Shown here: in pieces, positions 49,101 through 57,918 of the stretch
Layout of the letters: every line of letters starts with the position of its first letter
How positions within the stretch are numbered: position 1 is the stretch's first letter
NCBI GenBank assembly: GCA_965217775.1
Contig: CBDCJH010000002.1
Location: 3,712,001 to 3,776,000, forward strand
Source of the DNA: Acidobacteriota bacterium
GTDB lineage: Bacteria > Acidobacteriota > UBA6911 > RPQK01 > JAJDTT01
Length of the DNA stretch: 64,000 bases
Direction: 5' to 3'
Translations under genes and position numbers: made by a program
Notes under the pieces: generated by a model
The model's input: only the letters and a program-made list of their open reading frames with translations
Database searches by the model: none
Told to the model about the DNA's origin: nothing

Positions 49101-49496
49101 GATGGGCGTGACCCCTTGGACGGTCACCTCATCCGCGACCTCGCCGACCTCCAGTTCAACGTCGATCCGCGCTCTCTGGTCCACCTGGAGGATGATTCCC
49201 TGAACGGTCTTGGGCTTGAATCCGGGCAACATGGCCCGAACCGAATACTCGCCGGGATCGAGATTCACGATCCGGTAGTTGCCATCCTCGCCGGTGACCA
49301 TGACCCGGGCCACGCCGGTCCCGACGGCGGTGACCTCCACTTCGGCGCCCGGCATGACTGCTCCGGTCTGGTCGCTGACGGTGCCGAGGATGACACCCTT
49401 GCTGACCTGGGCCAGCGACACGGTGTTCAGCGCGAGCCCGAAGGCGAACGCTACTGCCAACACCCAAAGTGATCTGATGGTTGGAAACTTACTCAT
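46107..49496 (-). CDS. Oar-like TonB-dependent receptor with N-terminal carboxypeptidase-regulatory-like domain
   Basis: Signal peptide, ILGTVSDQTGAVMPGA, LPLNGRQFLQL, IQEFKIQTN, QDDWHV, GPRVGLAW, ELFNAFNHVNF, C-terminal RQVQFGLRYDF. Confidence 0.93.
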   Translation of the reverse strand: MSKFPTIRSLWVLAVAFAFGLALNTVSLAQVSKGVILGTVSDQTGAVMPGAEVEVTAVGTGVARVMVTGEDGNYRIVNLDPGEYSVRAMLPGFKPKTVQGIILQVDQRARIDVELEVGEVADEVTVQGVTPIIATDQATVGEVIEREKVLELPLNGRQFLQLAELTPGVQRTTVGYMEYSGGSISANGMSDHANNTMVDGVMNQESGAARMNFSPSIDLIQEFKIQTNVYDSEFGRSGGAQINIVTKRGSLDYHGAIYMFHRNDNHEARNFFARRIPEFRRSQFGGSFGGHIPGSENDFFFFNYEGQRAARGLTVPISVPTPEIRNGDFSSLLAPGANCMDHSNNKGCIYDPATLDPATGMRQPFPNNIIPTDRITQQAKFINQFFPDPTQAGFTGNFVASPDRIRDKDQYSIRYDRDFSDSDAITFRFTYQDRKFLEPQPRGSTTPLVGFRQNQDLNGENHKLGWTHTFSPTTINSFNFGFSQYHQIRDNETTLPDLYVQGGSRGAVTGPEFFAGAGITGVAPERQQAGIPTINISGWRTIADDTFAPLDNPYNNYVYSNTLNKVQGNHSWKVGIEVIRNAMDMAFEANSRGVISFSPRFSVASVGAPGDQFNAWADYLLGAVTSSGINGALLQLNTKQTWWMFFLQDDWHVHPDLTLNLGMRYEIWQRPYDAENRITGIDIASGQWVFAESIPTLPGTPSNAVTNDAFDYDRSLQKVGGSEMNDWGPRVGLAWRLFGDNKTVLRGGYGVFYSWQVLDIPITMGLGRPWVPPTSIASDRDVPAISFGSPFGTTVVPATGGRGLIRDNRTPYLQQYSLSLDRELLPTMGVEVAYVGNAGRKNVFNFGLNNPYPGPEPTAQRRALCRNADICDLSGISGPVNWGTSNYNALQVKLRKEMGPDGLMLLGAYSWGKVLGTSIAGPQLWEGQPIRDWNRNWKADTGPTRYDTRHLASLSWVYQLPFGRGKPLGGDIGRTADLIFGGWKLGGIGTFQSGAFLTPRDIFNVSNAGGSRPNLLRNPNDLGHSSRDQMINQFFNTGDRFFARTAPYTYGNAGTGTIVGPGLQLWDISLHKDFYVAEEQRVQFRVELFNAFNHVNFGNPNTSFGSASFGRIRNAGDARQVQFGLRYDF

Positions 49497-49807
49497 GAGG
49501 CTTCTCCGGCGGCGGGGTTTTACGCCCCTTTTCTTAGATTACGTCCGACGCACGATACGTGTAGGACTGGTTGGCAGTGTTATAAGCAATGCAAGTTCCA
49601 GCGTCAAGAAAGCCTTCGGTCAACTCCGGCAATTCACTGACATGTATAGAGTTAGGACCTCACTTCAGATTGCGGCGGCGGGGTGTAGGCGAGGTTCTGT
49701 CCAAAAAGATGGATTCGGCCGCAGGGTGATTCCAGGTTTTTGGACTGAATAGGCCGGCAAACGGTCGCGGACCCACCCACGGCGAGGCGCCTGATGGTGA
49801 CGGCCGT

Positions 49808-51442
49808 TCACTCCGCCTCGCGAGTGACGGTCAGGAATCGATTTACGGGGAGGTCTTCCAGGACCTGCTCTTTTCCGTCCGGCCACCGAACCAGCAGGTG
49901 GTCGAGACGTTGCGCCGTTCCCAAGCCGAAGTGCAGGCGCAGGTCGTTTTGCGAGAGGTAGCTCCCGCCGCTCCGAACTTCTCTCGTGAGCTTGCGCCCC
50001 GGGGTGGCCGCCGTAACCCGAGCGCCGATGGCCGGTACGTTGAGGCTCTTCCCCACGAGCTTCACCGTCAGCCAGTGTCCTCTTCGAGGCGTGTCGTTCC
50101 GGAGAATGGTCGGGGAATCGTCCACGTTGTTGACCACCACGTCGACGTCGCCGTCGTTGTCCAGATCGCCGAACGCGGCCCCGCGGCTGGATTTGGCCAA
50201 CGCCATGCCACGACCCGTGGAATCCGGTTCCAGAAACCTTCCCGACCCCGTGTTGAGGAACAACTGGTTGCGCTGCGCGTAGCGCTCGTCCCATTCGCGT
50301 TCTTCCACCTGGGGGTAAGTGTGCCCGTTGGCGACGAAGAGGTCCTGGTCGCCATCGGAGTCGACGTCGAAGAACTGCGTGCCCCAGGCCACGAAGGGGA
50401 AACTCGGCCGCCCCAAGCCGATCTGTGGGCTCACGTCGGAAAAGAGGTTCCCTGCCGTGCTCTTGTAAACGGCGTTGTATTCGCGTGAAAAGTTGGTCAC
50501 GACGATGTCCGGCTTCCCGTCCGCATCGACGTCGCCGATGTCCACTCCCATGCAGGCCTGAGTCTGGCCGTCCCACCCCACGGCGACGCCGCTCAGCAAC
50601 CCGGCCTCTTCAAATCCGCCACGGCCGTCGTTCCGGTAGAGGTAGTTTGGAGTCCTGTCGTTGGCGACGAAGAGGTCGAGATCGGCGTCGTTGTCGATAT
50701 CGGTCCAGATGACGCCCAGACCATAGTACATCGCCGCGTCGGCGACGCCGGCGGCTTGGGAAACGTCCGTAAAGGTGCCGTCGCCGTTGTTCCGGTAGAG
50801 AAAATCGGGCGCTCCTTCGAGTCCCCGGGGCCCGCAACCCACCCGCAGCCCGTAGTAGTTGCACACCCGGTCCTTCCGGTTGGGATCGGTATGTTCGACG
50901 GCGACGTAGTTGGCCACGAAGAGATCGAGATCCCCGTCGCCGTCGTAGTCGGCGAAGGCCGTCCCGGTGCTGAACAGGGGACACGAAACTCCGGCTCGTT
51001 CCGCGACCTCGGTGAAGGTGCCGTCCCCGTTATTGCGATAGAGCAGGTTGGGTCCCAGATTGGTGACGTAGAGGTCGAGGTTCCCGTCGCCGTCGTAGTC
51101 CCCCACGCAGGCTCCCATGCTCCACCCTCGGAAGCCGACTCCCGCCGACTCGGTGGCGTCGGTGAACGAACCGTCGCCGTTGTTGCGATAGAGCCGGTTG
51201 CCGAGCGTCGCGGACGGAACGGCGGCCGGACCGGTCAGCAGGTAGATGTCGAGCCAACCGTCACGGTCGTAGTCCAGGAGAGCGACCCCGCTCCCGATCT
51301 GCTCGCGGATGTTGGTTTTCCCGGGAGAACCGGAGCCATGCTTCCAGCGGATGCCGGTGGCGGCGGTCGCGTCGGTCAGACGAATCTCCGGCTCGGGTCC
51401 GAGTCCGATCAGGAGGAAAAAAACTCCGAGGAATCCCATCAC
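49808..51442 (-). CDS. CRTAC1 family (FG-GAP repeats, ASPIC/UnbV) protein
   Basis: Repeated DYDxDGxLD and YRNNGDGTF; SRGAAFGDLDNDGD; YLSQND.RLHFGLG. Confidence 0.92.
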   Translation of the reverse strand: MMGFLGVFFLLIGLGPEPEIRLTDATAATGIRWKHGSGSPGKTNIREQIGSGVALLDYDRDGWLDIYLLTGPAAVPSATLGNRLYRNNGDGSFTDATESAGVGFRGWSMGACVGDYDGDGNLDLYVTNLGPNLLYRNNGDGTFTEVAERAGVSCPLFSTGTAFADYDGDGDLDLFVANYVAVEHTDPNRKDRVCNYYGLRVGCGPRGLEGAPDFLYRNNGDGTFTDVSQAAGVADAAMYYGLGVIWTDIDNDADLDLFVANDRTPNYLYRNDGRGGFEEAGLLSGVAVGWDGQTQACMGVDIGDVDADGKPDIVVTNFSREYNAVYKSTAGNLFSDVSPQIGLGRPSFPFVAWGTQFFDVDSDGDQDLFVANGHTYPQVEEREWDERYAQRNQLFLNTGSGRFLEPDSTGRGMALAKSSRGAAFGDLDNDGDVDVVVNNVDDSPTILRNDTPRRGHWLTVKLVGKSLNVPAIGARVTAATPGRKLTREVRSGGSYLSQNDLRLHFGLGTAQRLDHLLVRWPDGKEQVLEDLPVNRFLTVTREAE

Positions 51443-51687
51443 CGCACCTTAGCTATCGGCTGTTTCGATTAGTTTCGTCTATTCCGAATCCCGAAACCAT
51501 TCGGATCTCCGACGGCACTCTTCCCTTTTCAAGCGGCTTCCTTCACAATTTAGAAAACTATAGCTAATTTCAGCAAACCAACGACCCGAATGATTCACAA
51601 CAAAAATATAAATAAATGTGAATATATCAATATATCCGTGTCGAATCAGGATATTGCAGAACTCATCTCATGCCGGAGGGAAATCGT

Positions 51688-52911
51688 ATGGACTCCAAGT
51701 TGCCGACACTCAATCGCAGGGACTGTCTGAAGACGCTGTCTCTGGCGGCGTTCGCCGGAACCGCGGCCGGTGCCCTCTCAAGTTGCCGGCGGGATGGACT
51801 CGGGGTCCCCGAGTGGGTCACCTATCCGGAGGCAGAATGGGTGAAGATCGATCCGGCCGACGCAGGTCTGGATGCGGGACGAATGGATCGCATCTTCGCC
51901 GCCGCCGATATTCACCCGGGAGGCTTCGGCGGCACGGCTCCCGGCGATGACGAGTGGGGCGCCGTCCTGACCCGCGGAGGCTACCTGGTCTACTCTTTCG
52001 GGGATCCCACCTACAAGACGCAGTCGGCTTCGTTGGGGAAATGTCTCGTCCGCGCCATACTGGGGTTGGCGGTGGATGACGGCCTGGTCGACCCGGACGA
52101 ACCCATCTGGAAGACCTGGACCGGGCGGGATGAGCTGTCGCATCCCCACAAGTACCTGGATCAAGGGCATCACAAAACCCTCACCTGGCGGAAACTGGTC
52201 AACCACCGGGGAGGATTCATCCTGGAGAGCGGGTACCACTGGCGGAACAAGCCTGGAGAGCGGGATCCGGAGGTCGCGGCGCATTGGATCCACGGCAACA
52301 TTCCGGACTGGGCGAAATGGACGGGCGACCCGATCCATGACAACTATTCCCATACGGAACCGGGCACCGTCACTCGATACAGCAGCGGAGGCTACGTGAG
52401 GCTGGGCCAGGCGTTGACCGCCCTCTGGGACCGGGACCTCAAGGAAGTCATCGACGAGCGGTTGTTCAGCCGCATGGGGATCCCCCCCGACCGATGGGAA
52501 TGGAAGCCCGGCAAGGTGCTGCAGGACACGAAGGGCTTCTATCCCGCCATTCCCCACTATGGCGAGTACGTCGATCCGCCTTACGAGATCAACGGGAACG
52601 TGGTTCGGGGCGGTCCCGGCTGGTTCCTGATCAGTTCGGAAGATCTGGCCCGCTTCGGCCTGTTGATCGCGACTCGGGGGATCTGGCGCGGCGAACGGCT
52701 CATCAGTCCCGAGTGGCTCCGGGGTCATGCCGGATTGGACATCCACGTGACGGGCGGCGATCCCGACACTTATGTCTCCCTGGGCAAGACGAACACGAAG
52801 AACTTCCCCTTCGGCAGGGAGGTCGGCGCCCGGGGGTATTTCTCCTTTCCCAAGGATCTCGTCACGGGCCCGGTCTCGCCGCCTCAGGCACCGTCCTATA
52901 GTGCATACTGA
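51688..52911 (+). CDS. Tat-exported serine hydrolase (beta-lactamase/transpeptidase-like fold)
   Basis: LNRRDCL Tat motif, SxxK (SLGK), YSS, DLARFGLL; GGAGG RBS before ATG 51688. Confidence 0.75.
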   Translation: MDSKLPTLNRRDCLKTLSLAAFAGTAAGALSSCRRDGLGVPEWVTYPEAEWVKIDPADAGLDAGRMDRIFAAADIHPGGFGGTAPGDDEWGAVLTRGGYLVYSFGDPTYKTQSASLGKCLVRAILGLAVDDGLVDPDEPIWKTWTGRDELSHPHKYLDQGHHKTLTWRKLVNHRGGFILESGYHWRNKPGERDPEVAAHWIHGNIPDWAKWTGDPIHDNYSHTEPGTVTRYSSGGYVRLGQALTALWDRDLKEVIDERLFSRMGIPPDRWEWKPGKVLQDTKGFYPAIPHYGEYVDPPYEINGNVVRGGPGWFLISSEDLARFGLLIATRGIWRGERLISPEWLRGHAGLDIHVTGGDPDTYVSLGKTNTKNFPFGREVGARGYFSFPKDLVTGPVSPPQAPSYSAY

Positions 52912-53005
52912 AATAAATAAGATAACTATTGATATAAAATAAATTATACTGAAATAATCTATTTTATAAATGTTATCGATGCCCGTTCGTTAGATAAAAT
53001 TCATT
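52912..53005 (+). promoter_or_regulatory. Very AT-rich intergenic stretch, probable promoter/regulator-binding region of the downstream CocE gene
   Basis: Strong AT enrichment against the GC-rich background; ATACTGAAATAA occurs twice (about 52905 and 52947). Confidence 0.4.
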
Positions 53006-53021
53006 GATGGAGAAAATGCAG

Positions 53022-55313
53022 ATGGAATCAGGCAACAATACTTGCATATCAGCCCGTGGCAAAAGTCGTCACGGCATTCGACCGTCCCTGCATCCCGGCG
53101 GACTGCGTTGCGACTCGGTCACATACTCCCGGTATGCTCCCTCATCGCGCCTTGTCCGGCGGGCGCAGGAACGGTCTCGGTGCTCGCGGGACTTTCACCA
53201 CGGACTGATATGCTGGACCCTCACGAAACGCAAGGAGTGCGCCCGGCCCCTATTTATTGCACTAATTCTGCTTTTCCTGTCCCCCTCAATCGTTCATTCA
53301 AAAGGAAAGATGTCTGAACCAAAATATAAAAACAATCTTAAAGTGGAATTCGTACGGGTTCCCATGCGGGACGGCGTCGAGCTGGCGGCCAAGATCGTGC
53401 GGCCCGACGCCGAAGGCCGGTTTCCCGGAGTCATGATGTACTACCCGTATCGTTTTCTGAACGACTCGGAGGACCTGGGCTTCCCCTGGCCCGTCGGGCC
53501 CACCCCCTACCTGGCGGCGAGGGGCTATGCGGTCGTGCAGTACGAAGTCCGCGGGACCGGAAATTCGGGGGGCTGGACGAAAGACATCTACTCCGCCGAC
53601 GAGAGGCGGGACGGCTACGAGATGGTGGAGTGGATCGCCGACCAACCCTGGTGCAACGGCAACGTGGGCATGATGGGGATCTCCTATGGAGGCGTGGTGC
53701 AGTGGCACGTCGCGGTGCAGGCGCCTCCCAGCCTGAAGGCCATCATCGTCCGCTCCGCCAACGACGACGTCTACACCGAGTGGACCTACCCCGGCGGCGT
53801 CCTGCGGCCGTACATGTTCGACACCTTCTCTCCCCTGATGACGGCCTCCAACCTGCTGCCGCCCAATCCGGACATCACCGGCCCCAAGTGGAGCGAAATC
53901 TGGCAAGAGCGACTGCAGAAGAGCGAGCCCTGGGGCATCGGATACATTTCCAACCAGCAGCACGGTCCCTACTGGCAGGACCGTTCGTTGTCGAAGGATT
54001 TCAACCGGGTCAAATGCGCCGTCTACGTCATCGGGGGCTGGTCCGACTGCTACCCCACTGCGCTGCTGAGAGCCTACTCGAACTTGAAGGTTCCCAAACG
54101 GGCGCTGATCGGTCCCTGGGGCCACTGGTGGCCGGAAGTGGAACGGGCGGTCCCGGGACCCAGGATCCAGGGCGGTATCGAGTACGTGAAGTGGTTCGAC
54201 TACTGGCTCAAGGGGATCGACAACGGCGTCATGGACGAACCGCCGGTGACCATCTTCGTCAAGAAGTACAAGAAACCGTCGGCTCGGATGTATGTGGAGG
54301 AACCCGGGGAGTGGCGGTCGGAGCGGGAGTGGCCCATCGCCCGCACCCGGCCGACGCCGCTCTACTTCCACTCCGGCGGCCGGCTGAGCCGCGAGGAAGA
54401 CGCTGCCGAAGGGCGCGACGAGTACGAATACAACCCGATCGCGGGCCTCACATCGGGGATGCACTGGGGCGGCGGTGTTCTCCCCTGGGGAATGCCCATC
54501 GATCAGCGGCTGGACGAAGCCTTCTCCGTGACCTATACGACGCCCCCGCTGGAAGCGGAACTGGAAGTGACGGGGACCCCCACCGCGGTGCTGAACATCT
54601 CCTCGAGCGCCAAGGTCGCCTACTTTCGAGTGAAGCTCATCGACGTGGCCCCCGACGGGACGTCGAAGCTGGTCCGTTACGGGGGACTCAATGCGACTCA
54701 CCGCAACTCCCACTTCGAACCCGAACCCCTGGTGCCGGAACGGACCCACGAAATCAAGGTCGAGTTGAAGACCATTTCCTACGTCTACGCTCCGGGACAC
54801 CGGATCCGGGTGGCCGTCACCAGCGCCGACATCCAGAACGCGTGGCCGACGGCCCAGAGCGCCACCAACACCATCCACCGAGGAGGGAGTTTTCCGTCCC
54901 GGATCATCCTCCCAGTCGTTCCGTCGCAGAGCCCGAGCCTCCCGCCGCCGGATTTGAAGATCCTGCCCCCTGCCGATCCCGACATCCTCGCCAAGCCCAC
55001 GGAATACTCCATCACCCACGACCTGGTGAACGAGACCGCAACGGTCCGGTTGTCCGTGGACGATCGGGAGTACGGCCGGCTCATCGAGTCCAGTTTCACG
55101 GTGTCGTCGAAAGAGCCCGCCAACGCCGTGCTCAAGGCCCGCGCCATCAGGTCGATGAACCGCCCCGGCATGGAGGTTCGGGTGGAGGCGAACGAGGTCA
55201 CCACGAGCGACCCGGAGGCCTTTCACCATGTGGGCCAGGTCGAGGTCCGGGTCAACGGCAAGCGTCACACCAACAAGAGCTGGTCCGTGACCGTGCCCAG
55301 GAAACTGAACTGA
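53022..55313 (+). CDS. CocE/NonD family hydrolase carrying an in-frame MITE insertion in its N-terminal signal region
   Basis: GGAG RBS 9 nt before ATG 53022; a 162-bp MITE+TSD read through in frame; then hydrophobic signal PLFIALILLFLSPSIVHS; GISYGG, GPWGH; ends KSWSVTVPRKLN. The start choice is inferred. Confidence 0.88.
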   Translation: MESGNNTCISARGKSRHGIRPSLHPGGLRCDSVTYSRYAPSSRLVRRAQERSRCSRDFHHGLICWTLTKRKECARPLFIALILLFLSPSIVHSKGKMSEPKYKNNLKVEFVRVPMRDGVELAAKIVRPDAEGRFPGVMMYYPYRFLNDSEDLGFPWPVGPTPYLAARGYAVVQYEVRGTGNSGGWTKDIYSADERRDGYEMVEWIADQPWCNGNVGMMGISYGGVVQWHVAVQAPPSLKAIIVRSANDDVYTEWTYPGGVLRPYMFDTFSPLMTASNLLPPNPDITGPKWSEIWQERLQKSEPWGIGYISNQQHGPYWQDRSLSKDFNRVKCAVYVIGGWSDCYPTALLRAYSNLKVPKRALIGPWGHWWPEVERAVPGPRIQGGIEYVKWFDYWLKGIDNGVMDEPPVTIFVKKYKKPSARMYVEEPGEWRSEREWPIARTRPTPLYFHSGGRLSREEDAAEGRDEYEYNPIAGLTSGMHWGGGVLPWGMPIDQRLDEAFSVTYTTPPLEAELEVTGTPTAVLNISSSAKVAYFRVKLIDVAPDGTSKLVRYGGLNATHRNSHFEPEPLVPERTHEIKVELKTISYVYAPGHRIRVAVTSADIQNAWPTAQSATNTIHRGGSFPSRIILPVVPSQSPSLPPPDLKILPPADPDILAKPTEYSITHDLVNETATVRLSVDDREYGRLIESSFTVSSKEPANAVLKARAIRSMNRPGMEVRVEANEVTTSDPEAFHHVGQVEVRVNGKRHTNKSWSVTVPRKLN
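53050..53207. mobile_element. MITE family A, copy 3 (ATAT TSD)
   Basis: 158 bp, same TIRs; ATAT at 53046-53049 and 53208-53211. Confidence 0.9.
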
Positions 55314-55398
55314 GCCCAAGTCTCCATCGACTGTCGGGCTCCGGCCATTTCGGGAGCGCCAGTGTCGAAACTTCATTCGTCCAGCGGAGGAATCCCTG

Positions 55399-57729
55399 AT
55401 GCGGAGCAGAATATTCGGTGCCTTGCCCCTTGTCCTCTCTGCCAACCTGGTTGGTCTGACGGTGCACTCGTCCCCTCAAAGTGAGAGCTCCCGGACGGCG
55501 CTTATGGGATACGCCGACCCTTTGAGCGTCCAGCCAGGCCAGTCGGTTCGTTTCATGGTCAGCTGCGACTTTGCGGAATATCGAGCCGACATCGTTCGAC
55601 TCATCCACGGTGACATCAATCCAAAGGGGCCCGGATTCAAGGAGGAGTTCATTCACACTCGGGTCAGTGGAGAATACCCGGGGCGACGTCAGGATCTCCG
55701 CGCCGGATCGCACGTCACCGTCCCCGACAGCCTTGCTCTTCGCCTGAGTGGAAGCCTGACGCTTCAGGCGTGGATCGCCGCGAGCACACCCCAAAAAGGC
55801 GTTCAGGGCATTGTCACCAAATGGTCTCCGGCGGACCGTGCCGGCTATGGATTGTTTCTGGACGAGGACGGCAGCCTCGCTCTCTGGCTCTACGACGGCC
55901 GAGGCCGCCTCGTCAAGGTCAGAACGGGGCGGCCTCTTCGGGCCTCGATTCCGGCCAGTTCATATCGTCGCGGAGACAAGTCCAGTGGAATCCGGATGCA
56001 CCAGATGGTCAATCAGACCGACTGGTATTTCGTAGCCGCCACTTTCGACTCGGAAACCGGCAAAGTCGTCCTCTACCAGGATCCGGTCACCTCGTGGCCG
56101 TTGGAGGACACCCGCAGCCGGACCGAAGAGGAGACTTCGGCCCGCTCCGTGCGCAGCAGCCGAGCCGACCTCCTGCTGGCAGGCTACCGAACGGAAGACT
56201 CGGTCGAAGGCGTGTTCAACGGCAAGCTGGAGAGCCCAAAAATCTTTGACCGCGCCCTGAGCCGCCCTGAGATCGAAGCCCTCAAGGAGGGTCAGGAAAT
56301 AGCAGAACCGGTGGCCGCCTGGGACTTCTCGGTCGGAATCTCCACCCGTGATGTAAGAGATACCTCCTCCAACCAACTGCACGGCAAGACAGTGCAGATG
56401 CCGACTCGCGCCGTGACCGGCCACAACTGGACCGGGGCGGAAACGAACTTCAGACTGGCCCCTCGACAATATGGCGCCATTTATTTTCACGACGACGATC
56501 TGGACGACGCCGGGTGGGAGGTTGATTTCGAGTTCAGGATACCGGCCAATCTAAGAAGCGGTGTCTACGCCGCCCGGTTGCGGTCCGGTACTGCGGAAGA
56601 CTACATCCCCTTTTTTGTCCGGCCCGCACCAGGATCTTCGACCGCACCCATCGCCCTTTTGATGCCCACCTTCAGCTACCTGGCCTACGGCGCTTCCGGA
56701 CCCCCTGTCCTGAGTCTCTACAGCTTCCACTCTGACGGAAGCGGCGTCTGCCATGTCTCTTCACGACGTCCGATTCTGAACCTGCGCCCCAAGGTCGTGG
56801 AGAACTGGCAGGGAATCGATCTGGTGCATATGTTCAACGCCGATCTCCACCTGGTGGACTGGCTGGAGGCCAAGGGCTTCCGATATGACGTCATCACCGA
56901 TGGGAACCTCCATGCCGAGGGGGAAGAACTGCTGGCCCCGTACAACGTCGTCATCACCGGCTCCCACCCGGAATACTGGTCCGAGCAGATGCTGGATGGA
57001 CTGCAGGACTATCTGTCCCGGGGCGGCCGGCTGATGTATCTGGGCGGCAACGGCTTCTACTGGGTGACTTCGGTCGACCCCGTCGGAGGGCACACGCTCG
57101 AGGTCCGGCGCAAGGACGGGACCCAGATGTGGGAAGCCGCGCCGGGTGAGTACTACCACAGCACCACCGGGGAACTCGGAGGTCTCTGGCGTTTTCGGGG
57201 CCGGCCTCCCCAGAAGCTGGCAGGGGTCGGATTCACTTCCGTTTCCGCACTTCGGCCGGAGCCGGGAAGACCGTTTCGGCGACAGCCCGGCAGTTTCGAC
57301 CCACGTGCTGCCTTCATCTTCGAGGGTATTGGACCCGACGAGGTGATCGGAGACTTCCCTTCACTCCTTGTTTATGGGGATTACGGGGCTGGCGGATTCG
57401 AGATTGACCGCCTGGACTATCGGCTCGGCACCCCTCCTCACGCACTCCTGCTGGCTACCGCCTCAGGCTACTCCGATGTCTATCAGCACGTCGTGGAGGA
57501 AGTCATGCAGGCGGACTCGATGCAATCCGGGTCCGTCAACCCGTGGGTCCGATCGGATATGGTGTACTTCGAGCATCCCAACGGGGGAGCTGTCTTCTCG
57601 GTCGGTTCAATTGCCTGGGATGCCAGCCTGTCCTACAACCGGTATGACAACAACGTCTCGCGCATCACGGAGAATGTCCTGAAAAAATTCGCTTCGGACG
57701 GATGGTCTCCTGAAGACAACTCGAATTGA
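55399..57729 (+). CDS. N,N-dimethylformamidase large-subunit family protein with LamG-like domain
   Basis: GYADPLSV, TRAVTGHNW, AIYFHDDDL, SGVYA, PTFSYLAY, SLY..HSDGSG, GSHPEYWS, YLGGNGFYW, VFSVGSIAW. Confidence 0.88.
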   Translation: MRSRIFGALPLVLSANLVGLTVHSSPQSESSRTALMGYADPLSVQPGQSVRFMVSCDFAEYRADIVRLIHGDINPKGPGFKEEFIHTRVSGEYPGRRQDLRAGSHVTVPDSLALRLSGSLTLQAWIAASTPQKGVQGIVTKWSPADRAGYGLFLDEDGSLALWLYDGRGRLVKVRTGRPLRASIPASSYRRGDKSSGIRMHQMVNQTDWYFVAATFDSETGKVVLYQDPVTSWPLEDTRSRTEEETSARSVRSSRADLLLAGYRTEDSVEGVFNGKLESPKIFDRALSRPEIEALKEGQEIAEPVAAWDFSVGISTRDVRDTSSNQLHGKTVQMPTRAVTGHNWTGAETNFRLAPRQYGAIYFHDDDLDDAGWEVDFEFRIPANLRSGVYAARLRSGTAEDYIPFFVRPAPGSSTAPIALLMPTFSYLAYGASGPPVLSLYSFHSDGSGVCHVSSRRPILNLRPKVVENWQGIDLVHMFNADLHLVDWLEAKGFRYDVITDGNLHAEGEELLAPYNVVITGSHPEYWSEQMLDGLQDYLSRGGRLMYLGGNGFYWVTSVDPVGGHTLEVRRKDGTQMWEAAPGEYYHSTTGELGGLWRFRGRPPQKLAGVGFTSVSALRPEPGRPFRRQPGSFDPRAAFIFEGIGPDEVIGDFPSLLVYGDYGAGGFEIDRLDYRLGTPPHALLLATASGYSDVYQHVVEEVMQADSMQSGSVNPWVRSDMVYFEHPNGGAVFSVGSIAWDASLSYNRYDNNVSRITENVLKKFASDGWSPEDNSN

Positions 57730-57746
57730 TCTTCCAACCCCCTTAC

Positions 57747-57905
57747 CAGCCCGTGGCAAAAGTCATCACGGCATTCGACCGTCCCTGCATCCCGGCGGAC
57801 GGCGTTGCGATTCGGGCACATACTCCCGGGTATGCACCCGAATCGCGCCTTGTCCGGCGGGCGCAGGAACGGTCTCGGTGCTCGCGCGACTTTCACCACG
57901 GACTG
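57747..57905. mobile_element. MITE family A, copy 4 (159 bp, non-matching flanks TTAC/CTAA)
   Basis: Same TIRs; lies between convergent genes. Confidence 0.88.
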
Positions 57906-57918
57906 CTAACGGGCACGA

